Assembly: GCA_023920165.1 (NCBI GenBank)
Contig: CP089276.1
Coordinates: forward strand, 3,534,001 to 3,598,000
DNA length: 64,000 nt
Direction of reading: 5' to 3'
From: Curvularia clavata
Taxonomy: Eukaryota
The notes beneath the pieces are model-generated. The model made no database searches. It had not been told where the DNA came from and saw only the letters and a list, made by a program, of their open reading frames with translations. A program made the translations under genes and the position numbers. This document shows, one piece after another, positions 13,909 through 25,486 of this stretch (within the stretch, counting starts at the first letter, position 1; each line of letters opens with the position of its first letter).

Positions 13909-14698
13909 GTTTGTGTTGTTAGTTTGGGCTTCATCACATAGCACGTAGTGACGATAATGTAAACGAATTACGAAGCAATAAACCAAGTTCTTGAATAGGG
14001 ATTCATCTAGTACTTTCTTTGCATGCCTGATGGGATGGAATGTGGGTCCGGCGATACATTTCACCGGGCCCGCTTTAAAGTTTTTAGCGTCCTGCAGCTT
14101 CTGTACAAGAAGTGCTCTTCGTCGCGTTCTTCAACTGCTTGCACATCGTCATTCTTCTAGACAGCGCTCACTAAGTTAGCATTGTATTGCTCTGCAGCTG
14201 TTCTTGTAAGTTCAATACTTCGTTCATCTCCTCCCCCCCCTGCACTATGATGAAAAACATTCCACATTCGCAGTTTCCACGCTAGCCATCGCTTGAACCT
14301 ACAATAGATGGACAATGAGCGCGAATACCTTCCTTGGATGTCTGATTTGCTTTACTCCTTCACAAATCGCTTCGAGTTTCTTTATGGCTATTGCTAACAA
14401 AACTCGTAGATCTCACCATGTCAGACTAGATGACCACCGAGCCTAACAGCTTACATGCGGGTGGTCTGACTGCAGTCACGGCACAAAGACGTAGATATAT
14501 GTATAAAATGGAGTATTCATTTGTTCTTCAAAACTCTTACAAATTATCACCAAAAATGTATCCCGTTCCTGTTCTCAACCATTTTGCTCCGCTATGCGAT
14601 TGCCTTTTGATTGCCACAATGCCACCCGGCTACCTGCTACAAAACACATGCTGTTTACAAGGGTATCAATATCTGTTTTACACTCTTGTACGGATCGC

Positions 14699-15398
14699 TT
14701 AGAGCATGAAGAATGTAAAGGCACCAGCCAGACCGGCGAAGAGGGCACTGCCGGCCATGTGAGAGGCAGCACCAGTCGACTGTGGTGCAGACGATGAGCC
14801 AGTGGGGCTGCCAGAGGCCATGGAGCCGGAGGCAGAGGCGGATGAATCGGAGCCGCCTGATGTGTTGTTCTGAGCGAGCTTGCCACCAGTGCCGGCGGCG
14901 GATGCGGGGGAGACGTTGTTGGCGGCAGCCTTGGCAGCAGTCTTGAAAGCATCGATTGTCTTCTCACCAGATTTGCTAAAAATAATTAGTAAGGGAAACA
15001 GTCTTGCTGCAAGGGCTGTGAACTTACGGAGCGTTGATGGCACCGACCATACCGGCCTGGCAGTGCTTGCCCTGGGTGCAGTAGAACCAGATGGGGGCCG
15101 AAGCGTTCTTGACTTCGTATGTGAAGATGGTGCTGGCAACCTTCTCCGTGTCGGAAGTTGGGACGAAACCAGACCAGAAGCCACCCTGCATAGGCTCGCA
15201 AGGCTTAGCAAAGGTGGACTGGGCAATGGAGTGGTTCTTGGGCCAGAACTTGAAGTGGATCATGTCGCCCTCGGCAGCCTCGATGTTGTCGGGCTTGAAG
15301 ACAAGGTCGCCGGCCTTTGTGCTGACAGCGACGGTGTGCTCGGCGGCGAGAGCGGCGCCAGCCATGGCGGAAGCAGCGACGATGGTGGAGAAATGCAT
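14699..15398 (-). CDS. Secreted cupredoxin-like, Ser-rich, probably GPI-anchored protein (exons 15398-15028, 14975-14699)
   Basis: Signal peptide, F.F.PKNHS..QSTF..PC, PIWFYCTQGKHCQAGMVGAIN, Ser/Gly-rich tail and hydrophobic C-terminus. Confidence 0.9.
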
Positions 15399-16608
15399 TA
15401 TGATTGGATTGTGTGAAAAGAGACTAGCTCGATTTGGTAATTATGATAATGCGTGGGAAGGGAAATGAAGTTGTTTTTGGTGAATTGGTACTGAGAAGTG
15501 AAGAACGTGGACCTGCCTACCGAGAAAAGGTGAGCACAATTGAGCACATTATATAGCATATAGATGGAAACGATTGCCGCCCATGGAGCGGAAAAGTCGG
15601 CGCTGGCAGTCCAGGGCATAACGACTTCGAAACCCCAGGCGTCGCAAAGGCATCCTTTGTTAGCGCCAGGCCAGTCTAAACACGATTCTGGGGAAACATA
15701 GGGGCGGAGGAGCTGGCTGCTACTGGCTGCGTGGGCGGCTGGGTTCAGCCACTTGCCGCCTGGATGCGACTTTTTGTTGCCTGAGGGTGTGGCTGTGGCT
15801 GCCAGAGAGCCACGAAGCGAGCGAGGTTGGCGCTTCTCTTCGGAGCTGTCATGTTTCTGGCCAAGGGATGAAACCTGGTCGTGGACGGAGGTGCAACAGA
15901 AGATGTTTGGGAGACGTGCGCACGGGCCCTGCCACGCCCTGACCCTGCGCAAGCCTGCTGCCATCCATGTGACATTGGTCGACGGGTGTCAGGACGGCTG
16001 TAAAACGGCGCCGTCGTCCCGGGGCATGCGTCGACAAGGACGAATATAGCTGGACAGCCGTGTTGTATCGAGTAACGCCTGTGGCCTCATAAGCAGTTCG
16101 CGCACTCTGCGGAACATGCGACAGTCAGCCGCCTCTCCATCCGCTCTGCCATGACTATCGTATGATGAGCCTGCACGTGACGGTGCACTCGTTGTCACTC
16201 TTCGGTAGCAGCACGAGGTTGCAAGTCACGCGCAGCATGTGGCTAGACAGCGAAAGGTTACTGTGTACACGGAGTGTAAGCAGACCGAGACTTTACGAGG
16301 TCGTATACGAGACTCCACCGTCACGAAGAGCGAAGCTTCTACACTTTTCTGAAAACAAGGCGGCATACAGGGTGTGAGTGGGACCCAGAGGGCTAGTGCT
16401 GGCGGTGAAGACGATGTCCCCTGTACAAGGCCTATAGTAGATTCCATGGTTGTCGCTGTGAGGTTTGCTGGGCCACGACCACTCGACCACTCGACCACCT
16501 GAGTAATGTCACCCTTGACAACGCACTTCTAAGACACAATACGATACAACGTCACTAGCAGAGATGATGTTAGTCTCGCTGCCATGGACGCTGGTAACTG
16601 GGTCTGTA

Positions 16609-16628
16609 TCTGTCTGTCTGTCTGTCTG
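16609..16628 (+). repeat. (TCTG)5 microsatellite
   Basis: tctgtctgtctgtctgtctg read directly. Confidence 0.8.
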
Positions 16629-17180
16629 CCAGCGTCCAGCCTCACCGTCGCTTCTCGCGCCCTGTCCACTTCCCAGGGTCTCCTTTTCCGATGGAACTGG
16701 GACATTGGCCGTTCATGCCTTGCAGAGGAGAATGTCTTGAAAGTGCCACGAGCTCCGGTGGGGTGCAGGTTCGTTTTATTGATCGTTGCCCTTGGTTGCC
16801 CGATGTGGGTAGACAGGATGCATGCATCCAATAACCTCGGCCCTTACGGGCTCGCTTGCCTTCCCTGTATGGGCTAGCGCAAGCCCTTCCCGCAGCATCT
16901 CGTCCAAAAATATCCCTCTTCTCCGCAGCGCCTCTCGTGTCCTTCTACGCTATGAGCTCATTCATCTATTTTGTTCTAGCTATCGCCACCCCACGGTCAG
17001 ATGCTCTCACCGTTGCAGTTAGCACGGTGGAAACACCGGCTAGATCTAGCATCGCTGTTCGCATTCTGCGCAGCACTGCCCTGGTCAGAATGGCAATGTA
17101 ACCAGCCTGCACTAGTCATGTAACGAGGATATGGCGGAATGCTGCGCATCGCAGAGTGGAGGTATCGTCATGTCAGATGG

Positions 17181-17186
17181 TATAAA
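17181..17186 (+). promoter_or_regulatory. Putative TATA box of the cerato-platanin gene
   Basis: TATAAA about 135 nt upstream of ATG 17317, followed by a CA-rich leader. Confidence 0.55.
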
Positions 17187-17316
17187 GGCAATTGAGGTCG
17201 CTGGCAGAAGAGCATCATCACCACCATCACTCGCTTCATCAACACAGCATACATCTAATACCAACTCTCCATCTACATCTTAATACCTCTTAATCCAACC
17301 CACTCCAACCATCACC

Positions 17317-17836
17317 ATGAAGTTCACCTCTGCCGTCTCTGCTGCCGTTCTCGGCTTCTCCAGCCTGGCTTCCGCCATCACTGGTCAGTGCTTTGATAAA
17401 CACTATACAGACTTGATACTGATTCCATGTAGTCAGCTACGACACCGGTTACGATGACCCCAGCCGCAGCATGAACGTCGTCAGCTGCTCTGACGGATCC
17501 AACGGTCTCGTCAACCGCTTCCCTACCCAGGGCAACCTCCCCAGCTTCCCCCGCATTGGTGGTTACCAGGGTATTGCCGGCTGGAACAGCCCTCAGGTAC
17601 GGAATTCTCTGCTCTTCTTTCTCAATTCCTCAACTAACTGAATTGGATAGTGCGGTCAATGCTTCAGCCTCACCTACAACGGCAACACCATCTACGTCCT
17701 TGCTATGGACCACGCTGGCGCTGGCTTCAACATCGCTCAGGCTGCCATGAACCAGCTCACCAACGGCCAGGCCGTCTCCCTCGGTCGCATTGATGCCCAG
17801 TACGCCCAGGTTGACCGCAGCAGGTGCGGTCTCTAA
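17317..17836 (+). CDS. Cerato-platanin family secreted protein (SnodProt1/Epl1-like); exons 17317-17383, 17433-17596, 17651-17836; missed by ORF track
   Basis: [48 protein letters not shown]...[55 protein letters not shown]...CGL; four conserved Cys. Confidence 0.97.
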
Positions 17837-19871
17837 ATTATGAGAGAGATAGATATGGATGATTGGAAAATGACGAGCATGCGATAATGTTTAGACTCTG
17901 AACTTTAGTATTGGCATATAGCGCTTGCATACACTGGCGTTTAGATACACACTCCTTAGTAAAATAATCCAAATGGTAATACGCTGAGATATGGACTGGA
18001 TTGATTTGTGACGTGGTTGGTTTGTCTGATGTTAGCTTGATAATCCTAAACAATAGTCTTGGACAGACACTTGAACAGAAGACACTCAATCCAGAGCACA
18101 ACCGTATCGCTTTCGCTTGTCTGGTCATTTCTCTGTATCCATGTCATGCATCAATTTGAATTCGACATGAATGATGAGAAATCAAGCACTTTGGTAACTG
18201 CGCCAAGTATTCCAATTACCTAGCGTCAACCCTGACTTAGTGCAACACAGCACTTCGTCCGAAGTCTACACCACGTGAGAACTACTGCAAACTTACCCTC
18301 GTACTAGAGACGTCGAATCCTCTATCCCGGAACGCCCTCCTATCCTTGACCATCCGACCTGCCCACCCCTTACATACCCGAGTCACAAGCTCGACCAACA
18401 GGGTAACCAGTCACACGACCTGTCTTCCCCTCCTACCTCCAGCCTATCCGACATTCAAGCCAACATCCAACCCTCACCTCAGACGCGAAAAGCAATAGAA
18501 GCCGCAGTGGTCTGACAAGAAAGACGAGTACCAACGCTGTGACTAATTCACTCACCCCTCTCACCCTAACGACAACTCATCCGTTGAAGCCGGGAACCCC
18601 CAACCTAACCAAGAATGCCCACCAGAACAAGCAAAACAAAGCAAAAAAGAAACCAGTCACCAAAATAAGCTTTCCTTGGAACAGTGTCGAAGCTCAACAC
18701 AAGCACCAACAAGCCTTTCTCAACAATTTGTTTAGCGCCAGTGTGACTTTGTAGGGTACACAGTACATGTTATTGTACCACAGCAGAGCCCTCTCACCAT
18801 CACTCTGGGGTCTATGGGTAACACGCAGTGTGACGTAGCACGAGAACGCTGCAAGTAGATTCAAGGGGGGGGTTGGGGAAATGGTAGGGTAAATGAGGGA
18901 ATTGATTCAGACAACGGGTGAGGGAGGGGATCCGGGGATAAGGAAAAAGGTAGAATATGACGAGAAAAGGTGGTATTAAATCTCTAGGTACATAGAACTA
19001 AGCAACACATCCTCGATCCTGCTTAGAAGAGAGAAAAAAGAACACGGGAACTAGAAACACAAATTAGATCGCCAAGGCGAAGGAGAGAGAGAGAAAATGC
19101 CGCAGAGGATTTAGTTTGCATGCGGGATATATCTCATCTGTCTATCCCCTTTTCCCTTTTTAGGCAAGAAGAGCAGAGGGGGGGGGAGAATCTAAGTAGT
19201 GTAACACGCTTGCGCTGTTTTTCGGGAACTTTGTGTACAACGAGATACAAGAGCCGTTGGGACGATGCAGTATGCATGCATCCAGCCAAGGAAACAAGGC
19301 AAAAGCTTGATTTATGTGCGGGAGGGAAGAAAAAAGAACAGGGCAAGATGAGCCGTGGTTTTGCTTCACTATGGACTTGATTTTTTTTCCCTCACACGAT
19401 ACGTGGGTAACAAGCGTCATGCAGCGTCATGGCGTGTGGCAACCGATTGCAAAGAGAAATTTCACCAGAGGGACATGGACAAAGAGATCTTGATCAGAGA
19501 TGTGACGCATATCATGGATTTCCTTTCCGTCATGAAGACGTCGTAATCTATCTATCTATCTACATCCTCAGTGAGCCATATCCTCCCATTGGCGTCATTC
19601 ACCCAAAAATCCTGCCTTCCTATCTACATACATTGGTAACATGGTATCTATAGCGAACAAACAAGAACAAGAAACAATCAATTGTTGGTATATTGCTGGT
19701 AAACTTTTGAGTGTGTGACTAGTAGTCACCTGTGCCTTGGGAGGGAACCTCCAACAAGCTACGGCCTGCATAGCAGATAAACCTTGTGGTTCCATAATGT
19801 ATTACGAAATAGACAAAAATCCCATGTGCGAAAAACATGGAAGAAGAATTGAGAAAAAAAATCGTGTTTGC

Positions 19872-20918
19872 CTACTCCGAGGCTTGATGTGGAGGTGACG
19901 AAGCAAGTAGTCGACCAAGACTACTGCTGGCAACCGAGGGTTCGGGCACGGGCGACTTTGCATAGACGATCTCGCCTTCGATTGTACTGATCGAGGTCCT
20001 TGATACGGCGGGTGACTTGTGCGGGTACGACTTTGGGCTTGAAGGAGCCGTCACGGGCATGACCAGGTCAATTGACTTTCCGCCATAGGATCCGTGGCGG
20101 GATGACTTTGTCCTAGGGGGGAGAGGGCGCGTAGTGGCGGGCGTATATGGCAGCGAATAGCTCACTGACGAAGCTGGAGTGTGTGACAGCGACGGTGCAA
20201 CACTTGAGCTATATTGCGAAGTCGATGTACGGCTGTAGCGGGGCCGGTGCTGGCGTGCGGCATCTGACGAAGTGGGTGCAGAGTAAAACTTGCGCAAGTA
20301 CTTTGATGCGTCGGAGTGGGAGCGCTCGTCCGAGGTCTCATCCGAGGATACATCGGAAAAGGCACATGATGAGCGTTTTGAGTCTGGCTGAGTAGGCGAA
20401 CGCTGGGGCACAATGTCGCGGAAGGTAAACTCGTCAAAGGAGAAGTTGGCAAAAGGAGTGGTTGGTGGTGAGTAATGATCGTAGTAGAAGTGAATGCTCT
20501 TCTCAGCGTCCTTCTTCTTGCAGCTGGGATGCATGTCAGTAGGTGGTCTGTGCGGGGTGGGACAGAGAGTGTACACACCTTTCTGAGCAGTAAAGAACCG
20601 TGTTGCTAGGCACGACAATTTGCTTCTCGCAAACTGTGCTGGAAGCGAGTTAGTGGCTGCAGAGGGAACAAAAGAAGAGGGCAATTGTCTGAAGACATAC
20701 CAGTAGTTGAGGAAACTGACGGCCATTGAGTCTTCGTCGTCGTCGTCGTGGTGCTTGTCGGCAGCGCAGACGAGGTCGGCCTCTTTAGAAGTGGATGGCT
20801 TGGGGGCGGCCTTCCCCTGGGAGTGCAGGCGCTTGGACAGAGGCCTGGCGGGCCGTGCGTGCGCAGACTGCGACTTTTTGGATGGATGGGACAGATGACG
20901 GACGTGATGGGTGGCCAT
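19872..20918 (-). CDS. Ecl1-family life-span regulatory factor (exons 20918-20701, 20638-20579, 20523-19872)
   Basis: After splicing: FLNYCTVCEKQIVVPSNTVLYCSESCKKKD, the Ecl1 Cys4 motif; Ser/Pro-rich C-terminus. Confidence 0.88.
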   Translation of the reverse strand: MATHHVRHLSHPSKKSQSAHARPARPLSKRLHSQGKAAPKPSTSKEADLVCAADKHHDDDDEDSMAVSFLNYWYVFRQLPSSFVPSAATNSLPAQFARSKLSCLATRFFTAQKGVYTLCPTPHRPPTDMHPSCKKKDAEKSIHFYYDHYSPPTTPFANFSFDEFTFRDIVPQRSPTQPDSKRSSCAFSDVSSDETSDERSHSDASKYLRKFYSAPTSSDAARQHRPRYSRTSTSQYSSSVAPSLSHTPASSVSYSLPYTPATTRPLPPRTKSSRHGSYGGKSIDLVMPVTAPSSPKSYPHKSPAVSRTSISTIEGEIVYAKSPVPEPSVASSSLGRLLASSPPHQASE

Positions 20919-22434
20919 GGTGGATGCCGGCGAAGTTTAAAAGGGCTAGAAGGGCTCGAGGGATAATGGCGCACGGTTGGCGGTATTTTTTGCAGGCTGA
21001 GGGGACGTAGCGAAGAAGCGGTGACACAGGCCGCCGGGTTGGCAGCTGGCTGATATGACGGAAGGGTCGTGCGTGGCTTTGTTTAGAAGCTCTCTTATCG
21101 CTGCGATGCACTGCGCCATCATCTTAGCCAGGAACGCGATATTAGGACATGCTATCTAAGGGTCGGTAATACGGCCTGGGGCGCAGAGCCGCCGTCATGT
21201 TTGCCATCGGACGGAGGTCGAGACAGCGCCCAGGGGGGAACAGAACCAGACAACAGCAGCTGTACTTACACTGAAGCAGCCAAGGCGAGTGCGACGTCGA
21301 TGGTCCAGCCACGATCTGCGGACAGGGCGGCGGGAACGGGAGGTGGAACTGGGACGCTGCGTGGGCGGGGGGCTGGTCGAGAATAGCAGACAAGACTGAG
21401 CCGAGTGTTTCCAGAAGACGAGCGGCTTTCAGCGGCAGTGCAACTCCAACTGATAACGACTTCGATAACACTTAGACGCCCGACCAGAGGGGGGAGAGTG
21501 CGGGCAATAAGTAATTCTCGCGCAAACCCACGCCCAGTTCTAGACCGTTGCGCGTTGACGACGACGACGGCCCTAGCTGCACCGTTGCCTGCCTGTGTGG
21601 GGAATGAATCATGATAACCATCCATCACCACAGCATTCCAGCACGCCATCCGGCCTACCCAGTCTCCGCACGCCCTGCAACCCCCACTTGTGCCTCGGAT
21701 CAATTGCTGTGTCACGGCACCCACCTATTCTTCCACCTCTGCTGTGCACATCCCATCAAATCAGCACATGGCACTCCGAGGCAGCCCACGTTGTTGCGCA
21801 ATGCCTTCCCACTGGCACCCCCCATTGGCCCTATGCACCACGCCAAACTCTACTTCACCACACCCAATTCTCTCATCCCTTACATATTGCGCACCGGCTC
21901 AACACAATGAAGCCATATTGCGAGCTATCTCTCACGCATTGCCCAATACGGTACTCGGCTGCTTTGCGGTACTCAGGTGCCGTACTCGGATGGCTTTGCG
22001 GCACCCCCGCCCTCCCTTTGCCCATTATCGCGGCCTGACCTTCTTTCTCTAATTTCTTTTTTTTTTTTTGAATTCCGGGCACACTGCTTCACAAATTGTC
22101 CGTGTTCAGGCCGCAACCCGTCGTGCACTACCTTGCCTATATTTCACAAACCAGTGTTTTGTGCTCGGAGGGGGGGCCCTTTGACTGTGCATTAGAAAGT
22201 TGCGGGTCCTACTATTTTGCTTTCTACTCGCGTAACACTACCCTAGCGGCCGCCCAGCAGCAAAGGACCGATGGATCTTCGGGCATCAGAGTACTCGCCA
22301 TATCACCCATCGTGAATCATCAGAAAATTTGTTCCGCCCTGTATTCCTGAAACCTTCTCCGCCCGTGAGAATCCACAATCCCACTCATTCAAACTTACAC
22401 GTGTCGGCCCAGATTTCCCTCATCCACGTCTATA

Positions 22435-23807
22435 TCAAACTGCAAACGGGTCACTCATGGTCTGGCCTCTCGTGATACACCACACCTGGATCGGCGTTGA
22501 TGTCGGATAAAACGGGCCCTGCTGGATGCTCTCAGGTACCAATGGCCACTCGACCTGTTGGAAACTGAACCTGTTCCGCTCTACCCCACAAAAGTCAGCA
22601 ACGTCTCACCCGATGTCGTAACGCCAAAGCATAACACCCAAGCGGAGGAGGGGAGACCCACTACACGCGTTCAAAAAAGTCTCGAACGTCTGCTCGTTGC
22701 GAATCGTCGCAGAAATCAACGCTTGGAGCCCTGGGTTCAGCTCGAAAAATTCTCCCAACGTCGTAACTAGGCGGGGGATGACCGACTTGTCATACGTCTG
22801 CAATCATTGTCAAGCCCACTTTCTCCGCCACACCGCAGGTAGAGTAGTCGTGTAGCTTACCACGTCGGCTCCTATCACAACGTCCGGAACTTCCATCCCA
22901 TAGTCTTCTGAAAACGTCGCCGCCTCCACTGGATACCCCCACTTGAGTGCGGCTGTGCGGACCTGACAGCCCGACTCGTCATCGACATCGAGTCCGTTCA
23001 GAAAGAGATTGGTTTTGATAGCGTCCACCACCGCCTCATCGCCGTCCGTAGCCACAATGCCAGCCACACCCAGGTGCTTGGCACATAGGATAGACAGCAT
23101 CCCCGTTCCTGCACCCAGCTCAAACACCCGTTTCCGGTGGACGTATCCTCGGCCAGAATCGGACCCAAGGTAGGATCCCAGCAGTAAAGCGGCTTCCCAG
23201 GTCCTCAGACCCGTTGTTCCCGACGAGGAAATGACGGAACGCGCCTCCAATAACGTTACCGCACGCTCACCGGAAGTGCTGTCGTCAGTCGCCTGTTGGG
23301 GGAACGAGTACGTCACAAAAGCTTTTTGCTGTGCGGCATCGGCTTCAGAGGGGAGGTTAGTCGTAAGCAGAGCAGTCATTGCTTCCATGATATCATCTGA
23401 TATTTCCTACAATAACATAAAAGATCAAAGTCAGCCGATTGCTGCAGTAAGTTCCTTCCTATACAGGAAGTCTCTTCTTCTTCTTCTAGTACAAGGTACA
23501 TGGCTGTACACAGCAGCAACAAGGACAGAAACCGCAACGACGAGATGGGAGACCATACATCCTCCTCAGGGTCAGTAATAGACCTTTCCAGTCGTCCGAC
23601 CAGCTCTTTTAGAAATCGGAGCTGGTACCGGGCTGGTGTGGGTGAGGTAATCCTGGTCGGATCGAGCAAATTGGCAAACACCCATGCCTGCACCTGTGGC
23701 TTCTTCAATGTCGCCTCATCGGGCCATCTCAGCTGTTGCGGCTCGACGAGCTGAAAGTACTGGCGCTGCAGGATGCGCAATTGCGACATTTGCTCTGGGG
23801 TCTCCAT
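22435..23807 (-). CDS. EFM3: FAM86/Efm3-like eEF2 lysine methyltransferase (exons 23807-23559, 23406-22861, 22797-22662, 22580-22435)
   Basis: FAM86 N-terminal RQYFQL..YQLRFLKELV; GTTGLRTWEAALLL, VFELGAGTG, ATDGD, GADVTYD, ATIRNEQTF. Confidence 0.88.
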
Positions 23808-24130
23808 AGTAGAGTAGAGTAGTAGTGGGGGGCAAGGAAAGCGTTGGGGGCGATGGTTTGAGATAGTCTTGAAAATTCAACCTGTTCGGCTCCAAAGTTG
23901 AGTAGACGTTCCCCTGGGGCTGAAAAGTGGCTTGGCTGTGCTGTCTCCTTCTCCTTTGCCGCTCGTCGTTCGGCTTACCTAATTTTTGCCAGCGGGGCGC
24001 GCTTGGCAGGCTAAGCGAGGGCAGGCGCACCGCCGACCGCCGACTCGACGCACCGCAAATTCGACATCTCCATCCCGCCGCCAGCTACTAACCACAGCGA
24101 ATCGACAAACAGCAGGATCAACTCTGTCCA

Positions 24131-24219
24131 GTACGTGTAAAACCTTGCTCAGCGTGCCCGCTGCCATCTCTCTCTCTCTTTTGCCATTGTGAGCGACGTC
24201 TAACCGCCCGTCGCTGCAG
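24131..24219 (+). other. Probable 5'-UTR intron of RPS24
   Basis: GTACGT donor, CTAAC branch, TGCAG acceptor 16 nt before the ATG. Confidence 0.7.
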
Positions 24220-24235
24220 GTCGAAATTATCCACC

Positions 24236-24868
24236 ATGGCCGACTCTCAAGTTACTCTGCGCACGCGCAAGTTCATCCGCAACCCTCTTCTCGGACGCCG
24301 TCAGATGGTCGTGTAAGTGCATGGCATAAAAAAACCGGAAATTCCACCGGGGAGAGATGGGCAATGTTCAAAATCTGACGGGAGTTTCTATACAGCGACG
24401 TTCTCCACCCCAACCGCGCAAACGTTTCCAAGGACGAGCTCCGTGGCAAGCTTGGTGAGCTGTACAAGGCCAAGAAGGAGGATGTCTCCGTCTTCGGCTT
24501 CAAGACACACTTTGGTGGCGGCAAGAGCACCGGCTTCGCTCTCATCTACGACAGTGCCGAGGCCATGAAGAAGTTCGAGCCCCGCTACAGGCTAGTACGA
24601 TATGGCATGGCCACCAAGGTCGAGAAGGCCAGCAGGCAGCAGCGTACGTTTTCCCTCGCCGATGTTGTTGTTGTTGTCTTGTGGATGGGGATGGGTTGGG
24701 GCCAGTGAGAGACATGATGATTGGGGGACACAGCAACAACAACAACATCATCATCAAGAAGAAAAACACGCATACTGACTAGGATAAACAGGCAAGCAAC
24801 GTAAGAACAGGATGAAGACTTTCCGAGGCACAGCCAAGACCAAGGGCGCGAAGAAGGAGAAGAAATAA
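24236..24868 (+). CDS. RPS24: 40S ribosomal protein S24 (eS24); exons 24236-24312, 24396-24643, 24792-24868
   Basis: [42 protein letters not shown]...[14 protein letters not shown]...RKQRKNRMK. Confidence 0.98.
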
Positions 24869-25486
24869 GCGGATCGCATACGCTGCTGATGATGATGAAC
24901 GACGAATCGGTCGGGGTGTGTCGAGTGGCGGTTTTTTTCTCTGGAACTTTACTTTGTGTTTCCGCCTTTACATTTCAATGGTGGGAAACGGGGCAAAGTT
25001 TCGCTGTCTGGCGGGGGGTTCCATCGTTCCCCTGGAAAAAAAGCTTCTTGCCCAAGGGACGGACCAAACAAACATACGACAAGATGGATGGCGTTTGAGA
25101 TGAATTGTCTGGACTAAACCATCAATGCATATCATGGAACTTTTATGATCCGCCAATTCGTTCGGCTGCCCTTTGTCGTATCTGTGTCTCTGTCCTGTCT
25201 CGTCGTTTGATTGCAACGTAGTTTGTACATGCATGTCCAAGTGCGTCTTTGCTCATTGGCCTCCTAGCAATCCCTTGACCTTACGCACTGTCCCTGGGGT
25301 AATGATGCACGATACCCAGTTCTGATTATCACTCACGCTAGTAGAACTCAATGTTTGATAGTATTGATGATCATGATTCACGAGCTGCATTTTCTTCGCA
25401 GTCTCGTCGCTGTTATACAAACATGTCTATCTATTAAAAAAATATGTATAATCATACAATGTGATTTTTTTTTCCAACATCCCATT

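Noticed and set aside
18563..18570. ACCCTAAC as a telomerase RNA template
   Set aside because: Not called as a feature: only 8 nt, sits in a predicted helix, no boundary element or pseudoknot could be built, and the intron signal is on the other strand
24714..24778. Intronic C/D snoRNA in RPS24 (ATGATGA...CTGA)
   Set aside because: The CTGA is the branch site itself, the interior is microsatellite, and no rRNA guide was recognised
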